Of a DNA stretch of 32,000 bases, positions 8,989 through 20,200 are shown in pieces (position 1 is the first letter of the stretch; every line of letters starts with the position of its first letter). The notes under the pieces are model-generated. The model was not told the origin of the DNA. It searched no databases and was given only the letters and a program-made list of their open reading frames with translations. This stretch comes from Candidatus Arthromitus sp. SFB-rat-Yit (GTDB taxonomy: Bacteria; Bacillota; Clostridia; Clostridiales; Clostridiaceae). The position numbers and the translations under genes were made by a program. The stretch lies in NCBI RefSeq assembly GCF_000283555.1, contig NC_016012.1:480001-512000 (forward strand). Direction: 5' to 3'.

Positions 8989-10056
8989 ATGAATAAGAAA
9001 ATTATATTAACTGGTGGTGGAACGGCAGGTCATGTTATTCCGAATATTGCAATAATACCTAAATTGAGAGAAATGGGATATGATATTGTTTATATTGGGA
9101 GTAGGACTGGGATAGAGAAGGAATTAATAGAATCACAAAAAATAAAATATTACGGTATAAGTACAGGTAAGCTTAGGCGTTATATTGATATTAATAATAT
9201 TAAGGATCCTTTTAGAGTTATTAGGGGTGTTTTTGAGGCAAGTAGTATAATTAAAAAAGAGAAGCCGAATATTGTATTTTCAAAGGGTGGATTTGTTGCT
9301 ATCCCTGTAATATTGGGTGCATTTAGAAATAGAGTGCCTATAGTTTCTCATGAATCGGATATTACCCCAGGACTTGCAAATAAGATTGCTATGCCATTTA
9401 TAAAGAAAATATGTACAACCTTCCCAGAAACAGAGAGATATATTGGAAGTAAAAAAATCGAGTTAACGGGAACTCCAATACGAAAAGAATTGTTTCTCGG
9501 AAGTGAGATAAAAGGTAAAGAAATTTGTAAATTTAATAGTAATAAACCTATTATATTTGTAATGGGAGGTAGTCAAGGATCTGTTTTTATAAATAATTTG
9601 ATACGTAAGAATTTGGATAAACTTTTGGATAAATTTAATATAATTCATATTTGTGGTAAAAATAATTTGGATAATTCCTTGGAAAATAAGGATGGGTATA
9701 TTCAAAATGAATATATTGGATATGAATTGCCACATTTATTGAAAATAAGTAATTTGATAATATCAAGAGCAGGATCAAATAGTATATATGAAATACTTGC
9801 ATTAAAAAAACCAAATATACTAATTCCATTATCAAAGCGAGCTAGTAGAGGGGATCAAATTTTAAATGCAAGGTCTTTTGCTGATAGAGGATTTAGTGAA
9901 TTTATTGAAGAAGAAGATATAAAGAGTTTTGATGATTTGGGTAATCTTATAGATAAGGTTTACTCCAATAGAGAGAAATATATAAATAATATGAATATAA
10001 ATTCTGACAATTCAATAGGAAATATAATTAATGTTATAGTTAAATATTCAAAATGA
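8989..10056 (+). CDS. murG: UDP-N-acetylglucosamine--N-acetylmuramyl-(pentapeptide) pyrophosphoryl-undecaprenol N-acetylglucosamine transferase MurG
   Basis: 'ILTGGGTAGHVIPNIAIIPKL', 'KGGFVAIPVILGA', 'SHESDITPGLANK', 'VMGGSQGS', 'ISRAGSNSIYEILALKKPNILIPLS'. Confidence 0.97.
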   Translation: MNKKIILTGGGTAGHVIPNIAIIPKLREMGYDIVYIGSRTGIEKELIESQKIKYYGISTGKLRRYIDINNIKDPFRVIRGVFEASSIIKKEKPNIVFSKGGFVAIPVILGAFRNRVPIVSHESDITPGLANKIAMPFIKKICTTFPETERYIGSKKIELTGTPIRKELFLGSEIKGKEICKFNSNKPIIFVMGGSQGSVFINNLIRKNLDKLLDKFNIIHICGKNNLDNSLENKDGYIQNEYIGYELPHLLKISNLIISRAGSNSIYEILALKKPNILIPLSKRASRGDQILNARSFADRGFSEFIEEEDIKSFDDLGNLIDKVYSNREKYINNMNINSDNSIGNIINVIVKYSK

Positions 10057-10093
10057 AAAAGGAGAATTCAATTTTAAGTTGAATTCTCCTTTT
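10057..10093. terminator. Bidirectional terminator
   Basis: AAAAGGAGAATTCAA / TTGAATTCTCCTTTT, 15-bp stem with 7-nt loop, between convergent ORFs. Confidence 0.8.
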
Positions 10094-10096
10094 ATA

Positions 10097-10681
10097 TTAA
10101 AAATTTTTGTATATACCAGATGTTAGTATGTTTAGGAGTTTATCTGACACAATTATATTCCATTGGTTATTTTTCTTGGATAGTTTCACATCTAAGATTA
10201 CAGAAGATTTATATTTTGTGGATTCTAATGATTCAAGAAATTTTTCGTATTTATTTTGACCATCATTGTTTAGGAATGATGATTCATTTTTAAAAAAGTT
10301 TAATATGTGTTTTCCAAGATCAAAATATGTAAATCTTATTTTTAGAGTTGATGAGTTTAAAAATGTTTTTGAAGATAATATCTCATAATTTATATTAAAC
10401 ATTATGTTTCGTAGTTCAGTAATTATTTTTGATTTAGTCTCATTATCTAATTGATTTAATATATTATCAAATACATTGTTTATATCTGGTATTGATATAT
10501 TTGATAAGTAGGTATTAGCTTGATTGATATCTTTTGATGTATATGAGTACATAAAATCTTTAAAGGCTATTTGACTGTTTTTAGATACTGATAAAGAAAA
10601 GTGGATAATAAGACCTAATGCTATAGAAATTAATATTACACAACATAGTTTTAATAATATATTTTTACCTATAATTTTCAC
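10097..10681 (-). CDS. Hypothetical membrane-anchored protein
   Basis: 194 aa with one N-terminal hydrophobic segment 'LLKLCCVILISIALGLIIHFSLSV' and a hydrophilic extracytoplasmic region. Confidence 0.65.
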   Translation of the reverse strand: MKIIGKNILLKLCCVILISIALGLIIHFSLSVSKNSQIAFKDFMYSYTSKDINQANTYLSNISIPDINNVFDNILNQLDNETKSKIITELRNIMFNINYEILSSKTFLNSSTLKIRFTYFDLGKHILNFFKNESSFLNNDGQNKYEKFLESLESTKYKSSVILDVKLSKKNNQWNIIVSDKLLNILTSGIYKNF

Positions 10682-10731
10682 GCTAGTCCGTCCTTTATAT
10701 TAGATTATTTTAGAAGTTTAAAGGTGATCTT

Positions 10732-11841
10732 ATGAAAAAGAATAACAAAAAATTAAAGAATTATACTGATAAAAAATTAATTAATTTAAGATTGTTACAA
10801 ATAAGGTTAATAAGTAGGCTGAACGCACCCGATTTAGAGTATAAAATCTATAACCTTCAACAATTAATTAAACTTCTTGAAGGAGATGAATTTTATGATC
10901 CTACATTAGGTAGACAGTATTTGGAAGAAATAAAAAATAATAATTTTAATTGTATTGAGCAAATTAAAGAAAATAATTTGACATTGGATTTAAATTTTAA
11001 AAGTGATTTTAAGGAATTAATATATAACCTTAAGAAAATAATTTACGATGGAAATTACGAAAAAGCAATAGAACTTGGAAATAAAATAGGAGAAATATAT
11101 CAAAAAAAGGATTTGATATGGTTTTTAATAGCTTTATGCCATGATTTAAATGGAGATAAAGAAGAGAGTATATTCTATTATAAACGATCCATACTTTTAA
11201 ATGAATTTGAAGTTAAATATTATTATTATTTAGCAAATGTATATATAGACATAGGTGATTTAAAAAATGCTAATAAGTATATTTCATATGCTTTAAAGTT
11301 GGATTGTGAAAGTAGATATATACTTGAATCTCATGCATATATTTTGTTGCACAACAATCAGTATGATGCTGCAATTGGTATTTTTAAAGAATTTATATCT
11401 GATACGGATCAGTACAAAAATGTTAATAGAATAATTTCAATAATATATTTCCTGAAAGGTATCAATTATTCATATAAATCGAAGGATGGATATCTTTATA
11501 ATATAGATAAGAACGATACATATAATGTTATTGCTTGTATAGACAAAGCTATGGAATTTGATAATAGCGATTTATATTTTAGAGGACATATTGAGAATGC
11601 GAGAAATTCTTTAAAAATGTGTTTTGATTTAAAAAGAATATGGATTCTATTGATAACGAGTTTATTTTATATATTAAACATTCCATTTATTAAAGTTTTG
11701 GTTGTTATTATGTTGTTTGTGATATTCATATCAAGTTTTAAAATGGTTTGTGTGCTTGAACGATTTAAAATAACAAATGATGGAAGTAAAATTGATAATT
11801 TTTGTGATAAAATAAATAGGATATTTTATTTTAAAAGATAG
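10732..11841 (+). CDS. TPR-repeat protein with C-terminal transmembrane segments
   Basis: TPR-like units ('YYYLANVYIDIGDLKNANKYISYALKLD', 'HAYILLHNNQYDAAIGIFKEFI') followed by hydrophobic 'WILLITSLFYILNIPFIKVLVVIMLFVIFIS'. Confidence 0.75.
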   Translation: MKKNNKKLKNYTDKKLINLRLLQIRLISRLNAPDLEYKIYNLQQLIKLLEGDEFYDPTLGRQYLEEIKNNNFNCIEQIKENNLTLDLNFKSDFKELIYNLKKIIYDGNYEKAIELGNKIGEIYQKKDLIWFLIALCHDLNGDKEESIFYYKRSILLNEFEVKYYYYLANVYIDIGDLKNANKYISYALKLDCESRYILESHAYILLHNNQYDAAIGIFKEFISDTDQYKNVNRIISIIYFLKGINYSYKSKDGYLYNIDKNDTYNVIACIDKAMEFDNSDLYFRGHIENARNSLKMCFDLKRIWILLITSLFYILNIPFIKVLVVIMLFVIFISSFKMVCVLERFKITNDGSKIDNFCDKINRIFYFKR

Positions 11842-11861
11842 TTGAAATTGGAGGTATCAAA

Positions 11862-12350
11862 TTGACTACATTGTACGAACATAATATATTGGGATCTAAG
11901 ATTTCGATGATCAGTACTACTTTTAATATACCATTTCTTTTTGGAGAGGGTACGATATGTTTATATGAACAGGGAGTAACTTTTTCTGATGAAAATGGAG
12001 ATGAGAAATACATTATAGGTTTAGATGAACTAGTTATCTTTTATGAAACATTTGTTAATATTAGAAATTTAAAATACATCCCAAATGTAAAAATTTTTAC
12101 ATCTGGTGTTTCTTTTAAATTTAAAAATCTGAATAAAAGATTAAGGTATGTTAAAGGAAGTTATTATGGGAAAATGGTTATTAACATAGATAAAATAGGT
12201 AAAATAGAACTTTTGGATAATCAATCGTTTAAATATAGAAAGTTTTATAATATTGTTAATGATTTAAAAAATGGAATTAGTCCTTTAAATAATTTAGAGA
12301 AACAGAAAGAAACTTTTTTATCAAAGTTATTTAAATATAAATTGTTTTAA
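11862..12350 (+). CDS. Hypothetical protein, closely downstream of the TPR protein
   Basis: 162-aa ORF, RBS TTGGAGG upstream, 20 bp after the preceding gene. Confidence 0.65.
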   Translation: MTTLYEHNILGSKISMISTTFNIPFLFGEGTICLYEQGVTFSDENGDEKYIIGLDELVIFYETFVNIRNLKYIPNVKIFTSGVSFKFKNLNKRLRYVKGSYYGKMVINIDKIGKIELLDNQSFKYRKFYNIVNDLKNGISPLNNLEKQKETFLSKLFKYKLF

Positions 12351-12380
12351 AAACTTTTGGCAATTATTTGCCAAAAGTTT
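12351..12380. terminator. Bidirectional terminator
   Basis: AAACTTTTGGCAA / TTGCCAAAAGTTT, 13-bp stem with 4-nt loop plus T-tract. Confidence 0.85.
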
Positions 12381-12432
12381 TTTTTATAAAAATGAATATT
12401 ACTTTACATAATTTTAAAAAATATTAAGGAAT

Positions 12433-12819
12433 TTAATCGTTGAGTTCGAATGAGTACGTACCAACACCATTATCATATTTTAAATCTATGTAATATGTTT
12501 TTTCGCTATTAGGGCTTAAGGTTATTTCTTGTTCTGATGGAGAGTTTATATTTAGGTATTCGTTATTATTTTCATCTACAATTGTTATTGATGTTTTACC
12601 TGTTCTAAGTTTTAGTGAAGTTTTTAAGGTGGATTCTTTTGAAATTGTAAATTTATAAGACTCATTTCCAGAAAATTTTGAAAAGTCTTGTGTTATTTGT
12701 GAGTTTGGTTTGAGTTCACCTATTATTGTTCTCTTAGTTTTAGGAGCATTGGAACATGAAGTTAAAAATAAAGTGAGTGTTACAACAATTGTACCGAGTA
12801 TTAAATATTTTGATCTCAT
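12433..12819 (-). CDS. Small secreted lipoprotein
   Basis: Signal peptide with lipobox: 'MRSKYLILGTIVVTLTLFLTSCSN'; beta-rich remainder. Confidence 0.75.
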   Translation of the reverse strand: MRSKYLILGTIVVTLTLFLTSCSNAPKTKRTIIGELKPNSQITQDFSKFSGNESYKFTISKESTLKTSLKLRTGKTSITIVDENNNEYLNINSPSEQEITLSPNSEKTYYIDLKYDNGVGTYSFELND

Positions 12820-12951
12820 AAATAAATTCTCCTTTTAATTGCTTTGGATTTAGTATTGCACAAAAATAGAAAAAATTTCAAATGATTTTATGATTTAACA
12901 ATTATTTTAAGAATGTACGGATTAATTAAATCAAGAAAGGAAGGAATTAAG

Positions 12952-15900
12952 TTGAGGAAATTAGATTTAAAAATTTTTAAATTTATGATTTTGATGTTAG
13001 TTGCGATTAGTTGTTTGAAAATTTATAGTGTTTATTCTAAAAATAAGGTGGTTAAACAATCTAGATCATATGATTTTGAATTAAATGTTGAAGATTTGAA
13101 ATTTAATTCTGCTAGATTTAGTTGGGTTTATCCAGATGATTTTGAATTTATAGTTGGAGATTACATAAATTTATTTTTGATTAATGAAGAAAGTGGAAGT
13201 AATGGAGAAAGTCCGATTTTTTCTGCTATTCATGGTAAAGATGGAAATGATCTGTCTAATATTACGAGTCTTGATTTTGATTCGCTTACACATTCAACAA
13301 AATATCAATTGAAATTAGAATTTAATCAAATACATGGAGATTATTATAGTGTTGAAAAAAACTTTGAAACAAATGATTTTGAGATATCGGATATCCAAAT
13401 AGATGGGATAGAGGATGGGGTTGTTAAAAATAAATTGATAAATGTTAAATGGAAAACAAATCCTGAATCAATATCCTTTGGAGAAAATGATAAAGTTGAA
13501 ATACTTTTAAAAGAGTTGAGTGATGAAAGTTTTAGAAGGAATCCAATTTTTTCATCAAATAAAGATGTTAAAAATGCAGAATTTTCTCTTCCGGTATTTG
13601 AAGGCATGTATGACCTTCAAATAGTTTATTACATAAAAGATGATATTATTTACAGTGATTTATTTTATTGTGATTTAAAAAGTGGGGGGATAGAGCTTAT
13701 TACTCAAGATATAAAAACATCTTCTGCAAAACTTGTTTTAAATTATCCGAATCAGGATATTTTAAGCGATAATACTAAGGTTAATATTTATATTAGGGAA
13801 GATATGAATCTTGATTATAGTAAAGATCCGATAATTTCATTTAGTGGAAAGGAAGACATACTTAAAAATAAGGAGTATGTATTTAATAAGCTTAAATTCT
13901 CAACAAAATATTACGTTAAAGTTCAATTCATCATTGAAACTTTTAACAAATTTGGTAAAGATGTTCCAGTTGTAGTTGAGAGTAATTGTGAATTTGAAAC
14001 GAAAAAATTTGGTGTAAAAGATTTGAAATTTACTGATGGAAATGAAAATATATCAAAGCTTAGTTGGGATTTTGATGGTGAGGAAATCTTATTTTCTGAA
14101 GGGGATAGTTTAAAAGTTTACATAAAAGAGAGTTTGGAAGATAGTTATTCTGAAAATATTTTAAAAGATATTAGCCTGAGTGCAGAAGAATTATTAACTA
14201 AAAAGGATTTAGATATTACATTTCCAAAGTACGATACAAAGTATGATATTAAGTTCAATTATAATATCGGAGGAAGAAATCTCTTTGAGTATTTAACTCA
14301 CACGGTTTCTTTACCTAAAATTGATTTTGGGGTTAAGGTAATAGGTGAGGATAGCTTAAATTTTAAAATTAAATTTGATCAAAATAAAACTAAATTTGAA
14401 AAAAATGATGATGATAAGATAGAAATTTTTGTTAAAAAATATGGGGAAAACGATGAGGCTTATAGATCTATAAATTTTACGGAAAATCAAATTACTGCTG
14501 AGCCAGAAAAAGCAAAAGAAGGGGATGCGGAAAATATAGTAGAGAGGGAACTTAAACTTGAAACAATTTCATCAGTTTTTGGGGAAAATCAGCCTTCTAC
14601 AGTAGAAGGAGATGGAAACTCACAAAATACTCAAACAGAGAAAAAACAATATGAATTTAAAATTATTGTTAGGAAAGATGGGGCGATGTTTCAAGAAAAG
14701 TTTTATAGAGTTTCAATGGAGGAAAATTCCCTTCAAATTGTTGATGTTGTATTCAAAAGGATAAGTGAGAAAAAAATTGAGGCAAGTGTTGAGTATGCTC
14801 CATATGATTATGAATTTTCAGATAAAGTTGAATCGCTAAGTTATACAAAGAGTAAGGACACAACTGCTAAGTCTGTACTTAAAAAGAGAACATCAACTGA
14901 AAGTCAAATAACAAGTGAATTTAAAACTAATAGGAAGTTTGAAATAAGTTTTGATGATTTCGGAGTTTATAAATTGAAATTTTCATACAAGATGAAGGAA
15001 ACTCAGGCTACAAATAGAGATGGGAGTGAAAGTTCAGAAAGTAAATTTAATATAACTGAGATGGAAAAAGTTTATAATAATAAATTTGATGTTTTTAGAC
15101 TGGAACTTAGAGATGATATTTTTAATGAAATAAAGCTAAATTTAGATTTTGATAGCTATTACACTCCTAAAAATGGAGATAAGGTTGAAATATTTTTTAA
15201 GGTTAATAGTGAAGACGAAACAGATAAAAAGAGCGAAGACTTTAGTAAAGATCCATTAGTTACATTTGTTCATAAAGATAATGAACTTAATTTATCAAAT
15301 ATGGGAGCTTTTGATTTAGCAGGATTAGATGCTGGAACTAAATACAGTTTTAAGGTAATATTTACTCCTAAAGATTCACAATCAAATGCAATAGAAAAAT
15401 ATAAAGATGCAGAAACTAAAGATATTAAAATTTCTAATTTAGTAATTGATCATGTATCGGACATAATTGCGTATGCAAGATGGGAACTCGAAGAAGGATG
15501 TGAATTTGGAGTTAATGATAAATTGGATATTTTTTATAAAAAAGATGGTGAGGAGTATCCCAAAGATCCAAATCAGCAAGAAGAAGATTTGTATATTAAT
15601 GATGGGGTTATTCTTTATTTAGATACGGTTGATACTCAGTATAATATAAAATTTGTGTTTAGAAGTGGAAGTAAAACTTTTGAGGAAGAGGTGGATTTCA
15701 ATAATAAGATAAATGATTTAGAAGTTGAAATTTTAGATATATATGAAACCTCAGTATATGTGAAATGGGATTATCCTGAAAATTATAGTATTACAGATGG
15801 TGAGAGTATTTCAATATTTTTAAAAAGAAAAGATGGAGTTTATGCTGAAGAGCCTGATTATTTTGTTGAACAAAATGATGAGGAAGGAGAAGATATAGAA

Positions 15901-17268
15901 ACATTTAAAAGTGTTAAGATTACAAGTTTATGTCCAAATATGGAATATGATATAAAGCTTGTATTAGATTTTGGAGATGTAGGGAAAAAAGAAAAGGAAA
16001 TCAGTTTTAAATCTAAGGAACTTGATATATCAAATATCTCACTGAAAGCATTAACAAATAAATTCTTTGATGTATCTTGGGAGTTTTCTTCAGATACGCT
16101 AGAATTCGATGATGAGTTGGATTATATAAATATTTATAAAAAAATTGAGGATGAAGAATTTTCAGAATCCAATATTGTTTTTGAAATTGATAAAAATATT
16201 GATAAACGAAACAGTGTAAGAATTGAGGTTGATGATATTTCTAAAAATTATGATGTTAAAGTTGAATATGAATTTTTGTTTGGAAGTATAGAGAAAACGA
16301 TTTCTGGAGGAGGATTATTTTTAGAATTTGAGGAAGATTCACCAAACTTAATTTTGAAATATCCTAAATCTTTAGTATTTGAAAATGGGGATTCTATAGA
16401 TATTTTTTCAAAGCATGAATCTGAAGAAGAATATAAAGAGTTTATGAATATAAAACATTCATCTTCTAAAAATTTAAATGAAATAGGAAGTATAGAGCTT
16501 GATAATCCAGTTTCTGGAACATCATTTATTTTAATTATTAACAACAAGAATACTCAAGTATTCCCTGTTATGGCTAATTATGGAAATGGAGAATATGAAG
16601 GAGATGAGTCAGAATACCCAGTTTTGGATATTGTTAGTGAGATGAAGGGAAACTGGGTGGATATACAGATTCCTGATGAATACGAAGTTGATATTTCATC
16701 AGAAGTTTTAAATAGTATTGGTGGAAATTCTTATTATGCTGAGTTAGAGGATGGAAGCTATGTAATTGTAATAGATAGGATTGTACCGAAAAAAGTTTAT
16801 TCTAATGTGTTTGTTTTAACTTCAGATATAGATGGAAATGAAGTTAGATTTGATATAGGTGAATTTAAGCTTGAACCATATAATTTGCTAGAAGATTTCT
16901 TATATAATTCTTATTATTTTGCATTTGATAGAGAGCCTGATGAAAACGGATACAATTATTGGAAGGATCAACTCGAAGAGGAAGAGAGCAGTATATCTGG
17001 TAAATATTTTTTAATTAATTTGATGTTTGCTGAGAGGGAGTTTGCAGATAGAAATTTAAGTGATGAAGATTTGATAAAAGTTTTATATCAAATTGTGGTT
17101 AATAGACAGTATGATACTGAAGGATTAAATTATTGGATTTCTGTATATGGAGAGTATTTGGAAGAGTTTGGTGGAGATAAGTATGAAGCAAAGAAAACTA
17201 TAGTTTTAAGAATGGCTTATGAGCCTGAGTTCGGAAGATTGTGTGATAAGATGGGAATAGCTTGGTAA
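12952..17268 (+). CDS. Giant exported surface protein with repeated FN3-like modules and a C-terminal DUF4214-like domain
   Basis: About 1438 aa; N-terminal hydrophobic segment 'FKFMILMLVAISCLKIYSVYS'; repeated 'W.YP....I..GD.I.IF.K' modules; C-terminus 'FAFDREPDENGYNYWKDQL..LMFAEREFADRNLSDEDLIKVLYQIVVNRQYDTEGLNYW'. TTG 12952 has RBS AAAGGAAGG; the listed ORF start 12913 lacks one. Confidence 0.8.
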   Translation: MRKLDLKIFKFMILMLVAISCLKIYSVYSKNKVVKQSRSYDFELNVEDLKFNSARFSWVYPDDFEFIVGDYINLFLINEESGSNGESPIFSAIHGKDGNDLSNITSLDFDSLTHSTKYQLKLEFNQIHGDYYSVEKNFETNDFEISDIQIDGIEDGVVKNKLINVKWKTNPESISFGENDKVEILLKELSDESFRRNPIFSSNKDVKNAEFSLPVFEGMYDLQIVYYIKDDIIYSDLFYCDLKSGGIELITQDIKTSSAKLVLNYPNQDILSDNTKVNIYIREDMNLDYSKDPIISFSGKEDILKNKEYVFNKLKFSTKYYVKVQFIIETFNKFGKDVPVVVESNCEFETKKFGVKDLKFTDGNENISKLSWDFDGEEILFSEGDSLKVYIKESLEDSYSENILKDISLSAEELLTKKDLDITFPKYDTKYDIKFNYNIGGRNLFEYLTHTVSLPKIDFGVKVIGEDSLNFKIKFDQNKTKFEKNDDDKIEIFVKKYGENDEAYRSINFTENQITAEPEKAKEGDAENIVERELKLETISSVFGENQPSTVEGDGNSQNTQTEKKQYEFKIIVRKDGAMFQEKFYRVSMEENSLQIVDVVFKRISEKKIEASVEYAPYDYEFSDKVESLSYTKSKDTTAKSVLKKRTSTESQITSEFKTNRKFEISFDDFGVYKLKFSYKMKETQATNRDGSESSESKFNITEMEKVYNNKFDVFRLELRDDIFNEIKLNLDFDSYYTPKNGDKVEIFFKVNSEDETDKKSEDFSKDPLVTFVHKDNELNLSNMGAFDLAGLDAGTKYSFKVIFTPKDSQSNAIEKYKDAETKDIKISNLVIDHVSDIIAYARWELEEGCEFGVNDKLDIFYKKDGEEYPKDPNQQEEDLYINDGVILYLDTVDTQYNIKFVFRSGSKTFEEEVDFNNKINDLEVEILDIYETSVYVKWDYPENYSITDGESISIFLKRKDGVYAEEPDYFVEQNDEEGEDIETFKSVKITSLCPNMEYDIKLVLDFGDVGKKEKEISFKSKELDISNISLKALTNKFFDVSWEFSSDTLEFDDELDYINIYKKIEDEEFSESNIVFEIDKNIDKRNSVRIEVDDISKNYDVKVEYEFLFGSIEKTISGGGLFLEFEEDSPNLILKYPKSLVFENGDSIDIFSKHESEEEYKEFMNIKHSSSKNLNEIGSIELDNPVSGTSFILIINNKNTQVFPVMANYGNGEYEGDESEYPVLDIVSEMKGNWVDIQIPDEYEVDISSEVLNSIGGNSYYAELEDGSYVIVIDRIVPKKVYSNVFVLTSDIDGNEVRFDIGEFKLEPYNLLEDFLYNSYYFAFDREPDENGYNYWKDQLEEEESSISGKYFLINLMFAEREFADRNLSDEDLIKVLYQIVVNRQYDTEGLNYWISVYGEYLEEFGGDKYEAKKTIVLRMAYEPEFGRLCDKMGIAW

Positions 17269-17291
17269 TTTTGTATTTATGGAGGAGAAAA

Positions 17292-20200
17292 ATGAAGACA
17301 TGTATGAAGAAATTCATTATTAATCTCATGATTCTTATATTTTTATTTGAATTAATTCCGCTTGGAGATATGGGTATTAAATTAGGATTTGTTGAAAAAT
17401 CTAGTGCTTATTATACCCAGCTTGATTCAGTTGCTCCAGGTTATGTGATAAGTGCTGAGGAGGGAGGGATTGTATTTGATTTAAGTCAAAGATTATCAAG
17501 CTCGATGAGTGTTGAATCATTTAGTATAAAGAATATGAATCCAGAACAACAGAAAAAAGATTTGAAAGAAGAATCTTCAGATGGAGTTAGATGGTTAACA
17601 AAAGATGAAATGATAAATGGTCATATCTATGAAATTGAAAGTAAGATTTATGATTCTGAAATCGATAAGACATTAACATTTATAAATTCTTTTAAATTTA
17701 CAGATAAAAATACAGCGTACAATCCTAAGGTATCTTTTTCAAATTTTGATGCTAATAGGATGATTACTCAAGATGTTTTTTTTGATTTTTCAAATTGTAA
17801 AGAATTGATAAATAATTCAAATAGATTAGATCTTGAGATTTTAAATTCTGATTTAACAAAGGCAGAAATAGATTCAGTTTTTGTTGATAAAAATGACCTT
17901 GTAAATGCTGGTTATAGATATAAACTTTCCAGAGCAGCATCTATTTTTAAACCGAACAAGGATTATATAATTAGACTTAATGCAGATGGTGTTATTTGGG
18001 ATAAGATGATTTCTTGTTCATTAAAGGCAAATCCTACATTAGTTGAAAATATTAGACCTACAGAGATAGATTTTAAATATTATGCTAAGCAAAGAAATCT
18101 TTTCATTCCGACATTAGATTTTGGAATTTGTAAAACGTTTACTGATAGGCATCATGTTGAAGTTAAGATTATTTTAAGTAATTCAAAAAAAGGTCTTGTT
18201 CCAGTTGAAGTAACAGGTGAAATACCACGTTTAGCAGAAATTAATATTCCAGAAGAATATTGTTCAACAATAATACCAAGTGATATAAGAGTTTATTTTT
18301 CTGATAAATATACTGGAGCTTTACTTGCTGAGTATTTATTTCAAGTTACATTTAAAGAGGGCGGGTGTTTTATGTGGACTGGACTTTCTTATTATGGAGA
18401 AAAAGATATATCAGGTTATCAAATAACTAAAATAACACCAGTTCATGAAGAAAATGATACTACAACTGTTCCACATTCATGGGATGAATTTCCACGAGCA
18501 CATTATATAACTTTATATGATAATAAATTAGAAAATCAAATAGGTGGAGAATATAGATTTGATGTTACAAAAACTAAATATGAATATGTAGGTGCGGAGC
18601 AGAATGTTAAAGGTGCTAACTTTAAAGTGCCGTTTAAAGATATGAGGCAAGGTTTTAATAGTTATAATTTTAAATTTGAATCGAGCAATCGTTATCCAGA
18701 ATGGGGATATGCGTATATACCATTTGGTTTTTATGCGGATATAGTTGAAATAAAAGATTTAGACATTGAGGTAAAGGATTTAAAAGTAAATTCTTCAGGT
18801 AAATATGATTTTAGTTTCGAACTGAAAAATCAAAATGTTATCACAGGTGATAAGATGAGCATTATAGATGATAATGGTAAAGAATATATAGCTAATGTAA
18901 ATACTTCAAAGAGATTTAATTTTAAAGATATTCCATTAGTGTTTGGAGGTAAATATGTAGTTACTTATAATAAAATAAGTTCACTTTTTCACTTTAAATC
19001 TACGGATATGTCTATATTATTTAATCCAGTTGTAATAGGAACTTCTTCAAATGGTCAAAATGTTGTTGAAATTGATTTTGATAAGAAATATGAGAAGATC
19101 CTAAACTCAGATAGGATGAAAAATCGTATTAGAATATTGCACATGAATGGTAATAGCACAGGGAATGAATTTACGGATTTTAATGTAGGAAAACATAAAT
19201 TTACATTAAGTTCAGGACTGACTGAAGGACAAAATTATATAGTGGAGTTTTCAAACTCTAAGGAGGAAACGTATAAAACTACGTTTCAGTATACTACAAT
19301 GAAGCTTGACTTGTCAGACGTAACAGGGACAACAGCGAAATTAAATTGGGAATATCCTAGTAATTATCTAATAACAGATGGAGATGTATTAAATATATAT
19401 TTCAAAAAAGAGGATGCTAACTATCCAGCTATTCCTGATGCTAAAATAATGCATGGATTTCAGGGTATAGATTTTAATGATGTGACAACATATACGATTA
19501 GAAACATGAGTCCAAATATAAATTACGTTGCAAAACTTGAACTTGTAACTAATGAGGGTATGACCTATGTAGATGAAACTGAGTTTGTAACAAGTACTTT
19601 TAAAATATTGAATGAAGAAATTGAAGGTATTTCTGAGGATGGTACTGTAAACAGTAAATCTATAAATTTTAAATGGGATATAAATCTTGGTGATATAGAA
19701 TTTAATGCAGGAGATAAGGTAGAACTTTTTCTTAAATTGCGTTCTCATAATGCATTCCCTAAAACGCCAGTATCGACGATAGATCAAGATTTAAATAGAA
19801 ATAAACGGATTAAATTTGATGTATCAAATTATTATGAAGATTATAGTGCAAAAATTGTTTATACAATAGGTGGAGTTCGTCATACAAGTAAAGTTTTAAA
19901 TTTTAGTGTAGAGCCGGAAAAATTAGAATTATCTGTAAATGATATTACAGATTATTCGGCTGTCGTTAATTGGAAATATCCAGAAGGTATAAATATAGAA
20001 AATAATCATGAGATTAGGGTTTATTTAAGAAAAGCTGGTGATTTAGATTATAGACTTGAAAAGACATATAAACAGTCTGAAACTTCTCTTAAAGATGTAA
20101 CTAAATATAAGTTTGATAAACTTAGATTTGAAACTACGTACCAAGTTAAGCTTGTTTATAAAGTTGGAGATAAGCAAGTTGCAGGAGTAAGTGAGGATGT

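Noticed and set aside
9463-9835. Minus-strand ORFs (90 and 66 aa)
   Set aside because: Antisense to murG; overlapping each other and compositionally AT-driven.
11831-12013. Minus-strand ORF (60 aa)
   Set aside because: Antisense to the well-supported 11862..12350 ORF.
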